Position numbers and translations under genes: made by a program
Part shown: one piece after another, positions 43,576 through 52,787 of the stretch
Position numbering within the stretch: position 1 is the first letter of the stretch
Layout: each line of letters starts with the position of its first letter
Virus record (IMG/VR): IMGVR_UViG_3300045988_101835
Strand: one strand, 5' to 3'
From: a virus
DNA: 64,000 nucleotides
The notes under the pieces: model-generated
The model's input: only the letters and a program-made list of their open reading frames with translations
Told to the model about the DNA's origin: nothing
The model's database searches: none

Positions 43576-44784
43576 GTGTACAGGTCGCAGTTGCTAACAT
43601 ATCTTAGTGCTCTTTTTAGTAGCGGCAATCCGTCGGCGTCTGATTTTCAGAAGTTGATTCAGGGTTTGGGTAGCGAGTCGGATAGGCCTCATATTGTGTG
43701 TGTATCGTCTGCGTCTAACATTCCTGATGATCAGCTTCTGACTTCGACCTATGACATGCCTACAACTACTTCTGGTTCGGGTTGTGGTTCTACGGGTGTT
43801 TCACCTGCGCCGTCGGGTTGTGGTTGTCCTCCTGCGCCGACGCCGCCTACCCCGCCGCTTCCTACGACTCGCAAGGAGAAGGTTATCAATGTTCTGTGCG
43901 ATTGGTTCCGTGAGGGTTGGCTTCTGGATTGTATTGGCATTTGTACGGGTACTGATGCTGCTCGCGCCTACTATTGGGTTGTTAGCATGGACTCGGATGC
44001 AGGCACCTACGAGATACTGTCTGTCCAGTTTAATAACCCGGGTTTTGGCAAGGGCGGCTTTGCTTCGGAGAACGCTATCCGCCTTCTGCGCCTTGTTTAC
44101 AATCGCTCTACGCAGACGGTTGTTTCTACGGATGCCCGTCTGGTTATTACGGAGCTTACGAATGCCGTCATGTCGGAGGACGTCCGTGAGATTAAGATTG
44201 TTTACTCGACGCCGCCTATGCAGGAGGATGGTGTTCTGTATGTCCAGATGTCGCTTCCTAAGCTTGATAAGCCTGATGTCTCGGTTTCTGCTGTTACTCA
44301 GACGTCGTGCGTCCTTAGCTGGCCTAGCATTGCAGGCGCTGCAGGTTATAGGTTTGCGATTGAGGGCACGGACATTTCGGCCATTGTGTCTTCGCCTTAC
44401 ATGGTCACGAATTTGAAGCCTAGCCGTTCTTATGTTTTCACGGTCACGGCTCTTGGTGATGGTGTTAAGTCGAGTGACTCGGAGGCATCGAGTGTCAACG
44501 TCTTGACTCCTGCAGCAAGCATTCTGTCTGCTCCGGTTCCTGTAGTGTCTAATTTGAGTTCTACTTCTGCCGTTGTTTCGTGGTCTGCTGCCCGTGGTGG
44601 CGATAGTTACACATACAGGCTTAATAACGGTCCTTTGGTTTCGGAGGTTATGCCTCCTGTTACTTTGGATGGTTTGACTCCGGGTTTCCGTTACACGTTT
44701 GCTGTTAAGGCTATTTCCACGTCGCCTGCAGTTCTGGACTCGGATTGGGGTTCTACTGATTTTGTCACGGAGAGTGGCGATTGA
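43576..44784 (+). CDS. Virion surface protein with two fibronectin type III repeats
   Basis: Pro-rich linker, then PDVSVSAVTQTSCVLSWPSIAGAAGYRF...YVFTVTALGD and APVPVVSNLSSTSAVVSWSAARGGDSYTYRL...YTFAVKAIS. Confidence 0.6.
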   Translation: MYRSQLLTYLSALFSSGNPSASDFQKLIQGLGSESDRPHIVCVSSASNIPDDQLLTSTYDMPTTTSGSGCGSTGVSPAPSGCGCPPAPTPPTPPLPTTRKEKVINVLCDWFREGWLLDCIGICTGTDAARAYYWVVSMDSDAGTYEILSVQFNNPGFGKGGFASENAIRLLRLVYNRSTQTVVSTDARLVITELTNAVMSEDVREIKIVYSTPPMQEDGVLYVQMSLPKLDKPDVSVSAVTQTSCVLSWPSIAGAAGYRFAIEGTDISAIVSSPYMVTNLKPSRSYVFTVTALGDGVKSSDSEASSVNVLTPAASILSAPVPVVSNLSSTSAVVSWSAARGGDSYTYRLNNGPLVSEVMPPVTLDGLTPGFRYTFAVKAISTSPAVLDSDWGSTDFVTESGD

Positions 44785-44811
44785 TTGTTGATTGGTTTTT
44801 GTTGCTGGGTC

Positions 44812-45042
44812 ATGACGCCTTCTGTTGTTCGTTCGGATAATAATGTGTGGGTTTTGCTCACGGCGTTGAGTGTTGTTTTCAACGCGGAGGAAGCATTGCG
44901 CTGTTGGCTTAACGGTCAGATTGTCTGGGAGCGGAAGGGTCCTTATCTGGAGGTTTCTCCGGATGTTGTATGGTTTGCGTCGGCTGCGGGGAGTTCCGGC
45001 AGTTTTAAGATTACTAGCAATACGGACTGGGTAATTATTTAG
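44812..45042 (+). CDS. Small protein ending in the first half of a BACON-like domain
   Basis: LEVSPDVVWFASAAGSSGSFKITSNTDWVII*. ATG at 44812. Confidence 0.4.
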   Translation: MTPSVVRSDNNVWVLLTALSVVFNAEEALRCWLNGQIVWERKGPYLEVSPDVVWFASAAGSSGSFKITSNTDWVII

Positions 45043-45064
45043 TATTCCTTTTTTTTTTTGCATT

Positions 45065-45712
45065 ATGGCAATACCTTCTTGGCTAACGCTATCACAGCTT
45101 TCGGGTAATGGTGACGAGAACATTAACGTCACGGGTACTGAGCATACTGGTCGTGTTGTTCGTACCTACACCTTGACGGTTACCGCTACGGGTCCTGCGG
45201 CTTGTAAGGTGACTACGAATCAGACTCCTACTGCTGAGTTCTGTACTTTTGATTCTAACACCGCTTCTATTGGTAAGGAGGGCGGTGTTCTTACCATTAC
45301 GGGTAAGTCTAACTCTTCTAAGCTTACGTTTGCGGTTACGGAGGGCGGTTCTTTGGAGCTTACGCTTCCGAGCAACTACAAGGCTTCTGGTCTTGACACG
45401 GCTAACGGTGTTGTTATTGCGGGTGACCCCGGTGCTGCTGCTGCTTTTAGTTTCTCGATTGAGTTTACGGTTGATCTGAATACTACTATCGAGTCTAAGA
45501 CGGCTACGGTTACGGTTACGGATGCGGGCGGTACTTCTGCGGGTGCGGGTCAGTACCATTCTTGCGTTGTCACTCAGAATGCAGGTGATGCTTACCTGTA
45601 TGTCAACGATGAGGGCACTACGACGGCTACGATTACCATTCCCGCTGCGGGCGGTTCTGGTAATCAGACGCAGTTCTCCGTAATTTCTAATACGGACTGG
45701 GTCATATCGTAG
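45065..45712 (+). CDS. BACON-like domain protein
   Basis: PSWLTLSQLSGNGDENINVTGTEHTGRVVRTYTLTVTA...VTTNQ fits the BACON consensus (sWl.vs..sG.g...v.v..N....R.a.itv). Its C-terminus again ends ..FSVISNTDWVIS. Confidence 0.55.
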   Translation: MAIPSWLTLSQLSGNGDENINVTGTEHTGRVVRTYTLTVTATGPAACKVTTNQTPTAEFCTFDSNTASIGKEGGVLTITGKSNSSKLTFAVTEGGSLELTLPSNYKASGLDTANGVVIAGDPGAAAAFSFSIEFTVDLNTTIESKTATVTVTDAGGTSAGAGQYHSCVVTQNAGDAYLYVNDEGTTTATITIPAAGGSGNQTQFSVISNTDWVIS

Positions 45713-45738
45713 TGATTTTCAGACACTTACGCTATCGG

Positions 45739-45769
45739 GTCGGGATTGGTTTTCCAGTCCCGACTTTTT
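45739..45769 (+). terminator. Intrinsic terminator
   Basis: GTCGGGA-ttggttttccag-TCCCGAC followed by T5. Confidence 0.65.
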
Positions 45770-45820
45770 ATTTTACTTTTTTTTTTCTTTCATTTATAGA
45801 TTAATCTTTTTATATTTGTG

Positions 45821-45828
45821 CAAATAAA
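45821..45828 (+). promoter_or_regulatory. Possible -7 box TAtaTTTG (weak -33)
   Basis: TAnnTTTG lies 12 nt upstream of the ATG at 45840, but there is no TTTG at the expected -33 position. Confidence 0.35.
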
Positions 45829-45839
45829 TTCCGTTGGTT

Positions 45840-46061
45840 ATGGTGACTCATAAAGCTCAAAAGATTCGTGCAGGTCATTACTTGTACCGTGGTTTCCATG
45901 TGTATTCCGTCGGCTATTATGAGCCGGAGGGTTGTGTGTGCTGGGAAGCAGTTGATCATGATGGGTGTGGCTTCGCTCATTCACACTCTTTACGCGATAC
46001 GAAGGCTATGATTGATGCCGAGCTTAATTCCCCTCGGTTTTCCCCTTCCCTTCAGCGTTAG
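45840..46061 (+). CDS. Small hypothetical protein
   Basis: 73 aa, MVTHKAQKIRAGHYLYRGFHVYSVGYYEPEG... Confidence 0.45.
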   Translation: MVTHKAQKIRAGHYLYRGFHVYSVGYYEPEGCVCWEAVDHDGCGFAHSHSLRDTKAMIDAELNSPRFSPSLQR

Positions 46062-46084
46062 ACGTTGCCTCCGGCGGCATTGAT

Positions 46085-46098
46085 GCAATTATATATCC
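46085..46098 (+). promoter_or_regulatory. Late-gene motif GCAATTATATATCC
   Basis: Exact copy 15 nt upstream of the ATG at 46114. Confidence 0.45.
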
Positions 46099-46113
46099 TA
46101 TAAATTGCATTCG

Positions 46114-47952
46114 ATGTCTTCGGTTAGGGTTGTAAGTATTCCGTCTGACGGTGGTATTTCGTTAGCTGCATCTCATAGTTACACCGCTGATTTTCCGTGG
46201 GAGGATGACAGCGGTCAGTATGTTCGTATGGGTGCAGACTCTAATACGGGTCCTGTTTCTACTGCTGATTTCTGGTCGGACGAGAATCTTTCGGGTAAGC
46301 GTCGGTCTATGCTTATCGACCTCTGTGCTGGCGGTTCGTCTTCCGTTTATCGGACACGTGTTAAGGTCACTCAGGATTCCGCTTACCTTAGTGCGGACGT
46401 TGCTTCCTACACGCTTCCTGCAGAGGCGGGGTCTTCTGTTGATCTTTCGTTCACCTCTACGGTTTCGTCCCTAGGTATCATTACGATTGAGAGTTCGGAT
46501 ACGTCTTTGTATACTGTTTCTAACCGTCGTCAGGGTGGTCGTGTTGTGACGGTTACGGTTACGGCGGTTAAGTCGTGGTCTTCGACTACGACTACGGGTA
46601 ATGCTGCTGTTATTACGGCGAGTGTTCATGGTGTTGGGGGTAAGGTTACGCTTTCTGCTGTGACGTACGTTCGTCAGGCTCCGAGTACGTTCCGGGGGTA
46701 TGTGGGTGTTTCGTCTTCGGTCAATTCCTATACGTCTTCTAGCTTCAGCTTTGATCAGCAGAGCACATCGAGTCCTGTTGAGGTTCCGGTTTCTATTTCG
46801 GAGGGTAGCACGTGTAGCTATGTTTTTAATTCTGTCTCTATTGTCGAGCAGTGGGGCGACGGTGAGAAGCTTGTTCCTATTTCTAGCTTTGCTTCTCGTA
46901 TTACCCTTTCGGCTTATGGTCCTTTTACGGACTTCCAGTCGCCTACGACGTCTGTATCTTTGGTTGGTGATGATATCCATACTACATGGAACTCTTTGGA
47001 CTTGACTTCCAATGCAGCTCCGTCGGTTTCGGGCTACGTTGTTGTAGCCGTTTCTTTGGATGACAAGTTGCTTGGCACACTTCGGTCCTTTGAGTTTACG
47101 CGAAGTGCTAATCGTCCTGTTTCTACCTATGGGGCTTTAGCTTACCGTCTTCGTTACTCGCAGGCGGGGGTTATCGCTTCGGAGTTATCCGCGGAGGCTA
47201 CTACCACTAGCAATGATGGTGGCAATCCTCAGTATTTCGAGTTCTACCGTCCTGAGACGGTAACCTATACTTCGGGTACGGTTTTGACCCGCGACGCTCT
47301 TGTTGCTATGGACCCGTCTAAGGGTGGCGCTGTGTCTTTGAGTTCCGACATGCTGAAGGATGGTTATACTACGTTCCGCTCTGCAGGTGCTTCTGTTCCT
47401 TATTCGCAGTGGGACGTATGGAATCCGGATCGGACACCGTTCATAGGCCCTCGTTATTACGAGTCAGGTCTTACGGCGATTGCTCCGGGGGGTGCTGCTA
47501 TTTCGGGTTCCGCTCGTAACTTGACACGTGCTGCGGGGTTGTTTTCGAGTACGGTTCCTTACTCGGTTTACTTTGTTTTTGGTCGCTGGCCGTCGGATGT
47601 TCCTACGTCTACACAGTTGGACGTTTATTATAAGTTAACCTCCTCGGATGACTCTGCGACTACGGATTACGTTTATCTTCAGTCCATTTTTTTGGGCGTC
47701 CAGCCGGGTTCGGATAATTACTGGGTTTCTATTCCGGGAGGTCCTACGTCGTTGTTGATTCAGGCGTTGTCTTCTACGCAGCTTGGCTCTCGCCCTGTGC
47801 AGTATGGGGACGCTATAGGCTTCAACTTGCGTCTGTTTGGTCAGGATCATGGTTTCTTTTCGGGTACGGGCAGTAACTATCCGTGGAAGTTAATCCAGCA
47901 CGATGGGGTTGGTTCTAGCTTGTCTAATCCGTTCTATATGATTTATGAGTAG
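46114..47952 (+). CDS. Structural protein with BACON-like N-terminal domain (paralog A)
   Basis: IPSDGGISLAASHSYTADFPWEDDSGQYV...NLSGKRRSMLIDL...VKVTQ. Paralogous to the next gene. Confidence 0.55.
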   Translation: MSSVRVVSIPSDGGISLAASHSYTADFPWEDDSGQYVRMGADSNTGPVSTADFWSDENLSGKRRSMLIDLCAGGSSSVYRTRVKVTQDSAYLSADVASYTLPAEAGSSVDLSFTSTVSSLGIITIESSDTSLYTVSNRRQGGRVVTVTVTAVKSWSSTTTTGNAAVITASVHGVGGKVTLSAVTYVRQAPSTFRGYVGVSSSVNSYTSSSFSFDQQSTSSPVEVPVSISEGSTCSYVFNSVSIVEQWGDGEKLVPISSFASRITLSAYGPFTDFQSPTTSVSLVGDDIHTTWNSLDLTSNAAPSVSGYVVVAVSLDDKLLGTLRSFEFTRSANRPVSTYGALAYRLRYSQAGVIASELSAEATTTSNDGGNPQYFEFYRPETVTYTSGTVLTRDALVAMDPSKGGAVSLSSDMLKDGYTTFRSAGASVPYSQWDVWNPDRTPFIGPRYYESGLTAIAPGGAAISGSARNLTRAAGLFSSTVPYSVYFVFGRWPSDVPTSTQLDVYYKLTSSDDSATTDYVYLQSIFLGVQPGSDNYWVSIPGGPTSLLIQALSSTQLGSRPVQYGDAIGFNLRLFGQDHGFFSGTGSNYPWKLIQHDGVGSSLSNPFYMIYE

Positions 47953-49765
47953 GCAAAAAATAAAAGGCTTGACTCCGGTTGTTCCGGGTTCTGCTTCAGT
48001 TTCGATGCTGGATGTTCCGTCGGAGGGCGGTTCTTTTCCGGTGTCGGGGTTGTCTTCGGATTCGGATGTTGTGACTTATGCTGCGGGTTCCTATCCGTGG
48101 GAGGATGGTAGTGGTCAGAGTGTTACTGTTACTCCGTCTTCGGGTGTTGGGAGTATTAGTGACGTTGTGATTTCTGTTCCTGAGAATTTCACGTCGCGTT
48201 CCCGCCGGATGGAGTTGGACTTTACTTTGGATATGGACCCTACGAAGCAGGTTACGGTTTACTTGTCTCAGTCTTACGCTTCGTTTTACGCGGAGTCTGC
48301 GGAGGTTATTGCTCCTACGGCTGCTGGGTCTCCGTTCCGTGTTTACTTTGTGACGTCTGCGTCTTCTATTGCTGCTGGGGGTTCTGTTTCGGGTGGGTCT
48401 AAGGATGAGAGTCTTTATACTTACTATAACTCTGGTATTGATCCGGATAATCCCAAGCGCATGTGGGTTGAGTTCCTTACTGTGCAGTCATGGAATTCGA
48501 GTACTCCGGGTAATACGGCTACTTTGTACGCTAGGTTTGGCTTACTGCAGGCCACGGTTTCGGTTTCCCAGCAGGCAGACTCTGTAGTGTCCTATACGGG
48601 CTTGGGTTGCACTACGATCTCTGTTACGTCTGAGTCTGGGAATGTTGAGGTTCTGGATGCTCCTTATACGGGTGTTGGTGCTATTAATATTCCTATTACT
48701 GCTGCCGAGACTATCACGCAGACTTTCGATGACGCTTACTTGATAGCTTTGTATTCGTCGGGTCGTGAGGATCATGTCCCCTTGTCGTCGCTTAGTGCTT
48801 CGCGCTTACGTGTTGAGTTCGCGGGGTCTTCGGAGTGGTCTTCTTATCTTGAGGACAGCAGTGCTTCTGTTGTCAATAGTAAGTTGACCTATTCTTTCTC
48901 TACTACTTATGCGGGTTCGGAGCTTCGTCCGTCTACGAGTGGCTCTGTTTCAATTCGTGTCTACTATAACGATCAGGCCGTCGGTACTTTGTCGAGTCGT
49001 GTCTTTGAGTTGCCTGCTAATGAGAAGTCGGAGTTGGTTTACACGTCTATTGCCGCCGATCCATTGTCTTTGTATTATCTTGACGCGCCAGTTTACGCAG
49101 GTATCGTTGCCACATACAGGGAGGAGTATACCTCTGGTGCCGCTAATAGTGGTCGTACACGGTTTACGTCGCCCTCGGATATTACGGTTACGCAGCAGCC
49201 TTATGCGTCTGGGTTCTACACTTTGGGGTCTAATGCCTCCGGGTATTATGTTTCCTTTGCCACCCCCAATGATTTAGGAGGAGCTATTTACTATCGGGAT
49301 TCGGGACTTGCAGGTTTGGACATGAAGTTTATTCCTACGGGAGGTACGACTACTTGTGCTGTGGCTTATGTGGGTCGCGGCTTTGCGGATTCGGGGACTT
49401 TGTACTTCAAGGTTAATAAGTCGGAGTGGACTTCGTCGAGTTCGCTTCCTGTAGGTCAGTTGTATTTAGACTGGACTGTGCCGTCGGGTCCTTCTTTAAA
49501 TTCGGACTGCGGGGTGACGACATCGGCTTCGGGTCCAGATTCGTCTTACTTTTACTTTTCCATTCCGTGCGGCAGTTACTCTAAGATGGCTAATAGTCTT
49601 TCTTTTGGTTGGGATGAAGGTGTTGTTTACAACTGGGGTCAGAGCGGTGTTTTCCGTCTTGAGATTAGCGGGGCTAACGCTGCTGCTTTCAAGAGCTTTA
49701 GCTTTAATGCCGCTTATGGTACCTACGGCACTCCGGAGGATGCTTGTTTGATGACACGAGTTTAG
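47945..49765 (+). CDS. Structural protein with BACON-like N-terminal domain (paralog B)
   Basis: VPSEGGSFPVSGLSSDSDVVTYAAGSYPWEDGSGQSV...NFTSRSRRMELDF. 8-nt overlap with paralog A. Confidence 0.55.
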   Translation: MSRQKIKGLTPVVPGSASVSMLDVPSEGGSFPVSGLSSDSDVVTYAAGSYPWEDGSGQSVTVTPSSGVGSISDVVISVPENFTSRSRRMELDFTLDMDPTKQVTVYLSQSYASFYAESAEVIAPTAAGSPFRVYFVTSASSIAAGGSVSGGSKDESLYTYYNSGIDPDNPKRMWVEFLTVQSWNSSTPGNTATLYARFGLLQATVSVSQQADSVVSYTGLGCTTISVTSESGNVEVLDAPYTGVGAINIPITAAETITQTFDDAYLIALYSSGREDHVPLSSLSASRLRVEFAGSSEWSSYLEDSSASVVNSKLTYSFSTTYAGSELRPSTSGSVSIRVYYNDQAVGTLSSRVFELPANEKSELVYTSIAADPLSLYYLDAPVYAGIVATYREEYTSGAANSGRTRFTSPSDITVTQQPYASGFYTLGSNASGYYVSFATPNDLGGAIYYRDSGLAGLDMKFIPTGGTTTCAVAYVGRGFADSGTLYFKVNKSEWTSSSSLPVGQLYLDWTVPSGPSLNSDCGVTTSASGPDSSYFYFSIPCGSYSKMANSLSFGWDEGVVYNWGQSGVFRLEISGANAAAFKSFSFNAAYGTYGTPEDACLMTRV

Positions 49766-49770
49766 TTTTA

Positions 49771-51026
49771 GGTAATTATTTACTTTTTCATTTTCATTTG
49801 CAATAAATGTAAAATAATTGTAACTTGCAGTCGTGAAGAAGGCATTTAAATATCGCATTTATCCGAACAAGGCCCAGCAGGCTTTGTTGCAGGCGACGTT
49901 TGGGTGCTGTCGCTTCGTGTATAATAAAACGCTAGACATCAGGAAGACGACGTATGAGAGGGATAAGACGCAGCTTAGCAAGTTTGACTTAACCAAGAAG
50001 ATACCGCTGCTTAAAGAAGAGTTTCCGTGGTTGCGCGACGTTCCGGCGGTATGCTTGCCGCAAGCAGTCGGCGATATGGATGATGCCTATCAGAAGTTCT
50101 TTAAGTCCGGTAATGGTTATCCTAAGTTTAAGACGAAGCATCGCAGCCGTAAGTCTTGTCGTTTTCCGGGCCAGAGTTGTGCGGTATTGCAAGACATTAG
50201 TCGTTTAAAGTTTCATAAGTTAGGCTTAGTCAAGTATAAGAAGGATCGTGAGTTCGTCGGTACTTTACGTCACATTGTGGTTACACAGGAAAGTGACGGT
50301 AAGTACTACGCTTCGTGTGTAGTAGAGACGGGTGTCGAAGCACCTAAGCCACAATCCGCAGAAGCTAGTACGACGGTCGGTATTGACTTAGGACTCAAAG
50401 ACTTTATCGTTACGTCGGACGGACGCAAGATAGCTAACCCGCGGTTCTACGCTACTATTGACCGTCGTATAGCTCGGTTGCAGAAGCACGAAGTTAGAAA
50501 GACGAAAGGGTCTAAGCGTCGTGCACGCATCCGATTGAAAATTAACAAACTTTATGTTAAGAAACGCAACTTAATCAAAAATTATATTTACCATGTTGCC
50601 AAGACGTTACTGCGTGAAAGCCAAACGTTAGTAATGGAAAATCTCAATATTGTCGGCATGGTTAAGAATCATAGTTTAGCTAAATCCATCCAGAATATTT
50701 GTTGGGGTGAACTGCGTAGAGTGTTGGAGTACAAGTCTCAATGGCTTGGCCACAATCTCATCCTCATAGATCGTTGGGCACCGAGTACGAAGACTTGTAG
50801 TTGTTGCGGTTTCCACAATTCTATGTTGACGCTTTCAGATCGTTCGTGGGTTTGTCCGGGTTGCGGTACGCATCACGACAGAGACGTCAATGCTGCGATT
50901 AATATTAAGCGTATGGGTTTAGAGTCATTATTGCCTGCGGTGGGCGGGTTTGACGGACGTGGAGAGGTTGGTTACAACTTCGACGAGGCGTCAATATGTA
51001 CAGTGTAGAAATTGTATGCATTCACC
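49771..51026 (+). mobile_element. TnpB-only IS element, copy 3 (about 1256 bp, most diverged ends)
   Basis: Left end GGTAATTATTTAC..., right end ..AATTGTATGCATTCACC. It begins 5 nt after the stop of the upstream structural gene. Confidence 0.65.
49833..51008 (+). CDS. tnpB: TnpB (GTG start, altered C-terminal residues ..ASICTV)
   Basis: 391 aa. The RuvC D/E/D residues and zinc ribbon are intact. Confidence 0.85.
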   Translation: MKKAFKYRIYPNKAQQALLQATFGCCRFVYNKTLDIRKTTYERDKTQLSKFDLTKKIPLLKEEFPWLRDVPAVCLPQAVGDMDDAYQKFFKSGNGYPKFKTKHRSRKSCRFPGQSCAVLQDISRLKFHKLGLVKYKKDREFVGTLRHIVVTQESDGKYYASCVVETGVEAPKPQSAEASTTVGIDLGLKDFIVTSDGRKIANPRFYATIDRRIARLQKHEVRKTKGSKRRARIRLKINKLYVKKRNLIKNYIYHVAKTLLRESQTLVMENLNIVGMVKNHSLAKSIQNICWGELRRVLEYKSQWLGHNLILIDRWAPSTKTCSCCGFHNSMLTLSDRSWVCPGCGTHHDRDVNAAINIKRMGLESLLPAVGGFDGRGEVGYNFDEASICTV

Positions 51027-51042
51027 TTGGTTTAGCGCCATT
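50934..51042 (+). ncRNA. Putative omega-RNA scaffold plus guide, copy 3
   Basis: CCTGC-ggtgg-GCGGG and GAGGTTG-gtta-CAACTTC. C-G pairs are replaced by T-A pairs relative to copy 1. Confidence 0.4.
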
Positions 51043-51072
51043 GAGGCCGAGATTGAGCTTTATGTTGAGGTT

Positions 51073-51351
51073 GTGGACTTGTCTGAGTCGTTGTCGGAAG
51101 TTCGCTGGAGACCTTACGATAGTAAGACGCCGAACGTGACGCAGAGCCGCCGTTATCCTCGGTCTATTGCTCATTCTATGTATCGTCGTCTTCGTCGTGA
51201 GTACATGGCTCATGTTTACTACGACTTTTTGAAAGGTTACTCTAAGACACACTTAGATTCGCAGTCTAAGTTTTCGCGTTGGTATGTTTCTCATCGCAAG
51301 TGGTTCTCGCCACGTTGGGTTCTTGCTAAGTTTTTGCATATTTATATTTGA
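51073..51351 (+). CDS. Hypothetical basic protein, 5' end uncertain
   Basis: The frame is open from inside the IS (track ORF 50950..51351). No ATG lies between the IS end at 51026 and the GTG at 51073. The IS may have displaced or supplied the start. Confidence 0.3.
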   Translation: MDLSESLSEVRWRPYDSKTPNVTQSRRYPRSIAHSMYRRLRREYMAHVYYDFLKGYSKTHLDSQSKFSRWYVSHRKWFSPRWVLAKFLHIYI

Positions 51352-51845
51352 TGGTCATGGAGTTGGGTACCATTCGGTCTTCGTCGCGTCAGTCTGTGCT
51401 GCGAGAGTTGAAGACTTTCTTTAAGATTCAGGAGCTTGTATGCTCTCATGTTTATAATCGGTTTGGTGAGAATGCATGGCAGTTCTTGGATACCGATTTG
51501 CTTCGTTTTCTGCTGTGGGTTCGTCTGCTTACGGATAAGCCTATCACGGTAAATAACTATCATTCTGGGGGTAGTTATTCTCAGCGTGGTCTTCGTTGTA
51601 ACAAGTGTGACCTTGTTGCCACTAAGACGTACGCCTATGTTTCTGCTCATATTCTCGGCAAGGCGGTTGACATGACGGTTGAGGATATGGATGTGGAGGA
51701 GGTTAGATCGCTCATCAAGGAGAATAAGAGTTCGCTTCCGTGCCAGCTTCGCCTTGAGGAGGGTGTTTCGTGGGTTCATGGCGACGTTCGGTCTTCTATG
51801 GGCTACGATAGTGATGACTATTGCATTATCACGTTCACGGATTAG
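51351..51845 (+). CDS. Endolysin, LAS-family zinc peptidase (M15-like)
   Basis: SAHILGKAVD (SxHxxGxAxD) and VSWVHGDV (second His). Confidence 0.7.
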   Translation: MVMELGTIRSSSRQSVLRELKTFFKIQELVCSHVYNRFGENAWQFLDTDLLRFLLWVRLLTDKPITVNNYHSGGSYSQRGLRCNKCDLVATKTYAYVSAHILGKAVDMTVEDMDVEEVRSLIKENKSSLPCQLRLEEGVSWVHGDVRSSMGYDSDDYCIITFTD

Positions 51846-51955
51846 TGTACGTATACATAATGTGCCTTTGGTAACAACGAGGCGCTGTTTCATATTTTTG
51901 GGCGACGGCGGGGAGCGTTGAGGCGCGCTTCCTGCCGTTTTTAATTTTGTCGGTT

Positions 51956-52534
51956 ATGGGTAAGACTTTCTGGCAGGTTGTAGCTATTCTGCTTCTTTTG
52001 GGTTTGATCTTCGGCGGTGGATACTACTTGGGTTACAAGTCTGTCTCGGTCACGGAGCGTGTTGTTGAGAAGTTGGTTCCGGGGGATACTATTAGGGATA
52101 GCATTAGATTTCCGGTTCCGGTGTATGTTGACCGTTGGCATCCGGGCAAGGTCGATACGGTTTATTTTCCGGCTCCTACGTCTCCTATAGATTCTGCTTC
52201 TGTTGTGGAGGACTATTTTGCTACACGGGATTACCTTTTGGATTTCAGTTCGGATTCTTGTGGTACTTTCAAGGTTTCCTGTAAGGTTACACGGAATCAG
52301 CTTGTGGATGCTTCGTCTATGATTGTTCCCATGTACCGTTATGTTGAGAACGTTCGTGAGGTCCGTACGACTCGTTTCTTTCAGCCGTGGGCTATGGTTG
52401 GTACAGACTTCCGATTTGGCACGCAGCAGCTTATGTTAGGTGGTGACTTTCGTGAGAAGTATAAGGTCGGAGTTAGTGGCATACGTATAGGTGATAATTA
52501 TGGTTGGACCCTGAATGTTGGCTTCAACTTTTAG
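51956..52534 (+). CDS. N-terminally membrane-anchored protein next to the endolysin (possible lysis accessory or spanin-like)
   Basis: MGKTFWQVVAILLLLGLIFGGGYYLG TM anchor. The functional call rests on position only. Confidence 0.4.
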   Translation: MGKTFWQVVAILLLLGLIFGGGYYLGYKSVSVTERVVEKLVPGDTIRDSIRFPVPVYVDRWHPGKVDTVYFPAPTSPIDSASVVEDYFATRDYLLDFSSDSCGTFKVSCKVTRNQLVDASSMIVPMYRYVENVREVRTTRFFQPWAMVGTDFRFGTQQLMLGGDFREKYKVGVSGIRIGDNYGWTLNVGFNF

Positions 52535-52543
52535 CTGTGTTGT

Positions 52544-52771
52544 ATGGGTAGTGCGTTAGTTAATCCGCCACGTGTTGTTGAGCCGTCGGGGTCGGATTAT
52601 TGCCGTTCAGATAGATATACGTTTTTCATGACCGCGGAGGAGCTTAGCTTGTACATTGCAGAGACGGCCCTCCGTTGTGCGGCTTATCAGGAGCAGTCTT
52701 TGCACCGAGGTTATCATCGTGGTCGTCGCGGCAAGGCTTTAAGTTCAAGTTCTAATGAGGATGATAGATAG
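52544..52771 (+). CDS. Small hypothetical protein
   Basis: 75-aa ORF. Confidence 0.4.
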   Translation: MGSALVNPPRVVEPSGSDYCRSDRYTFFMTAEELSLYIAETALRCAAYQEQSLHRGYHRGRRGKALSSSSNEDDR

Positions 52772-52787
52772 TTAATGGTGATTATAC

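Noticed and set aside
43801-45132. Long minus-strand ORFs (443 aa here; also 28936..29850, 30571..31353, 3602..4177, 62463..63080 and others) and many + strand off-frame ORFs.
   Set aside because: Their translations are low-complexity and rich in R, L, S, T and N. They fully overlap better-supported + strand genes that carry recognisable domains. They are what the A-poor + strand predicts, because stop codons are rare in every other frame.
1494-51032. Target-site duplications for TnpB copies 1-3.
   Set aside because: The six bases abutting the GGT.../...CACC ends differ in each case (AATTTT vs TTTCAT, TGTTGA vs CTTTGT, GTTTTA vs TTGGTT). Offset matches such as TTTGTT or GTTTAG are plausible chance events in T-rich flanks.
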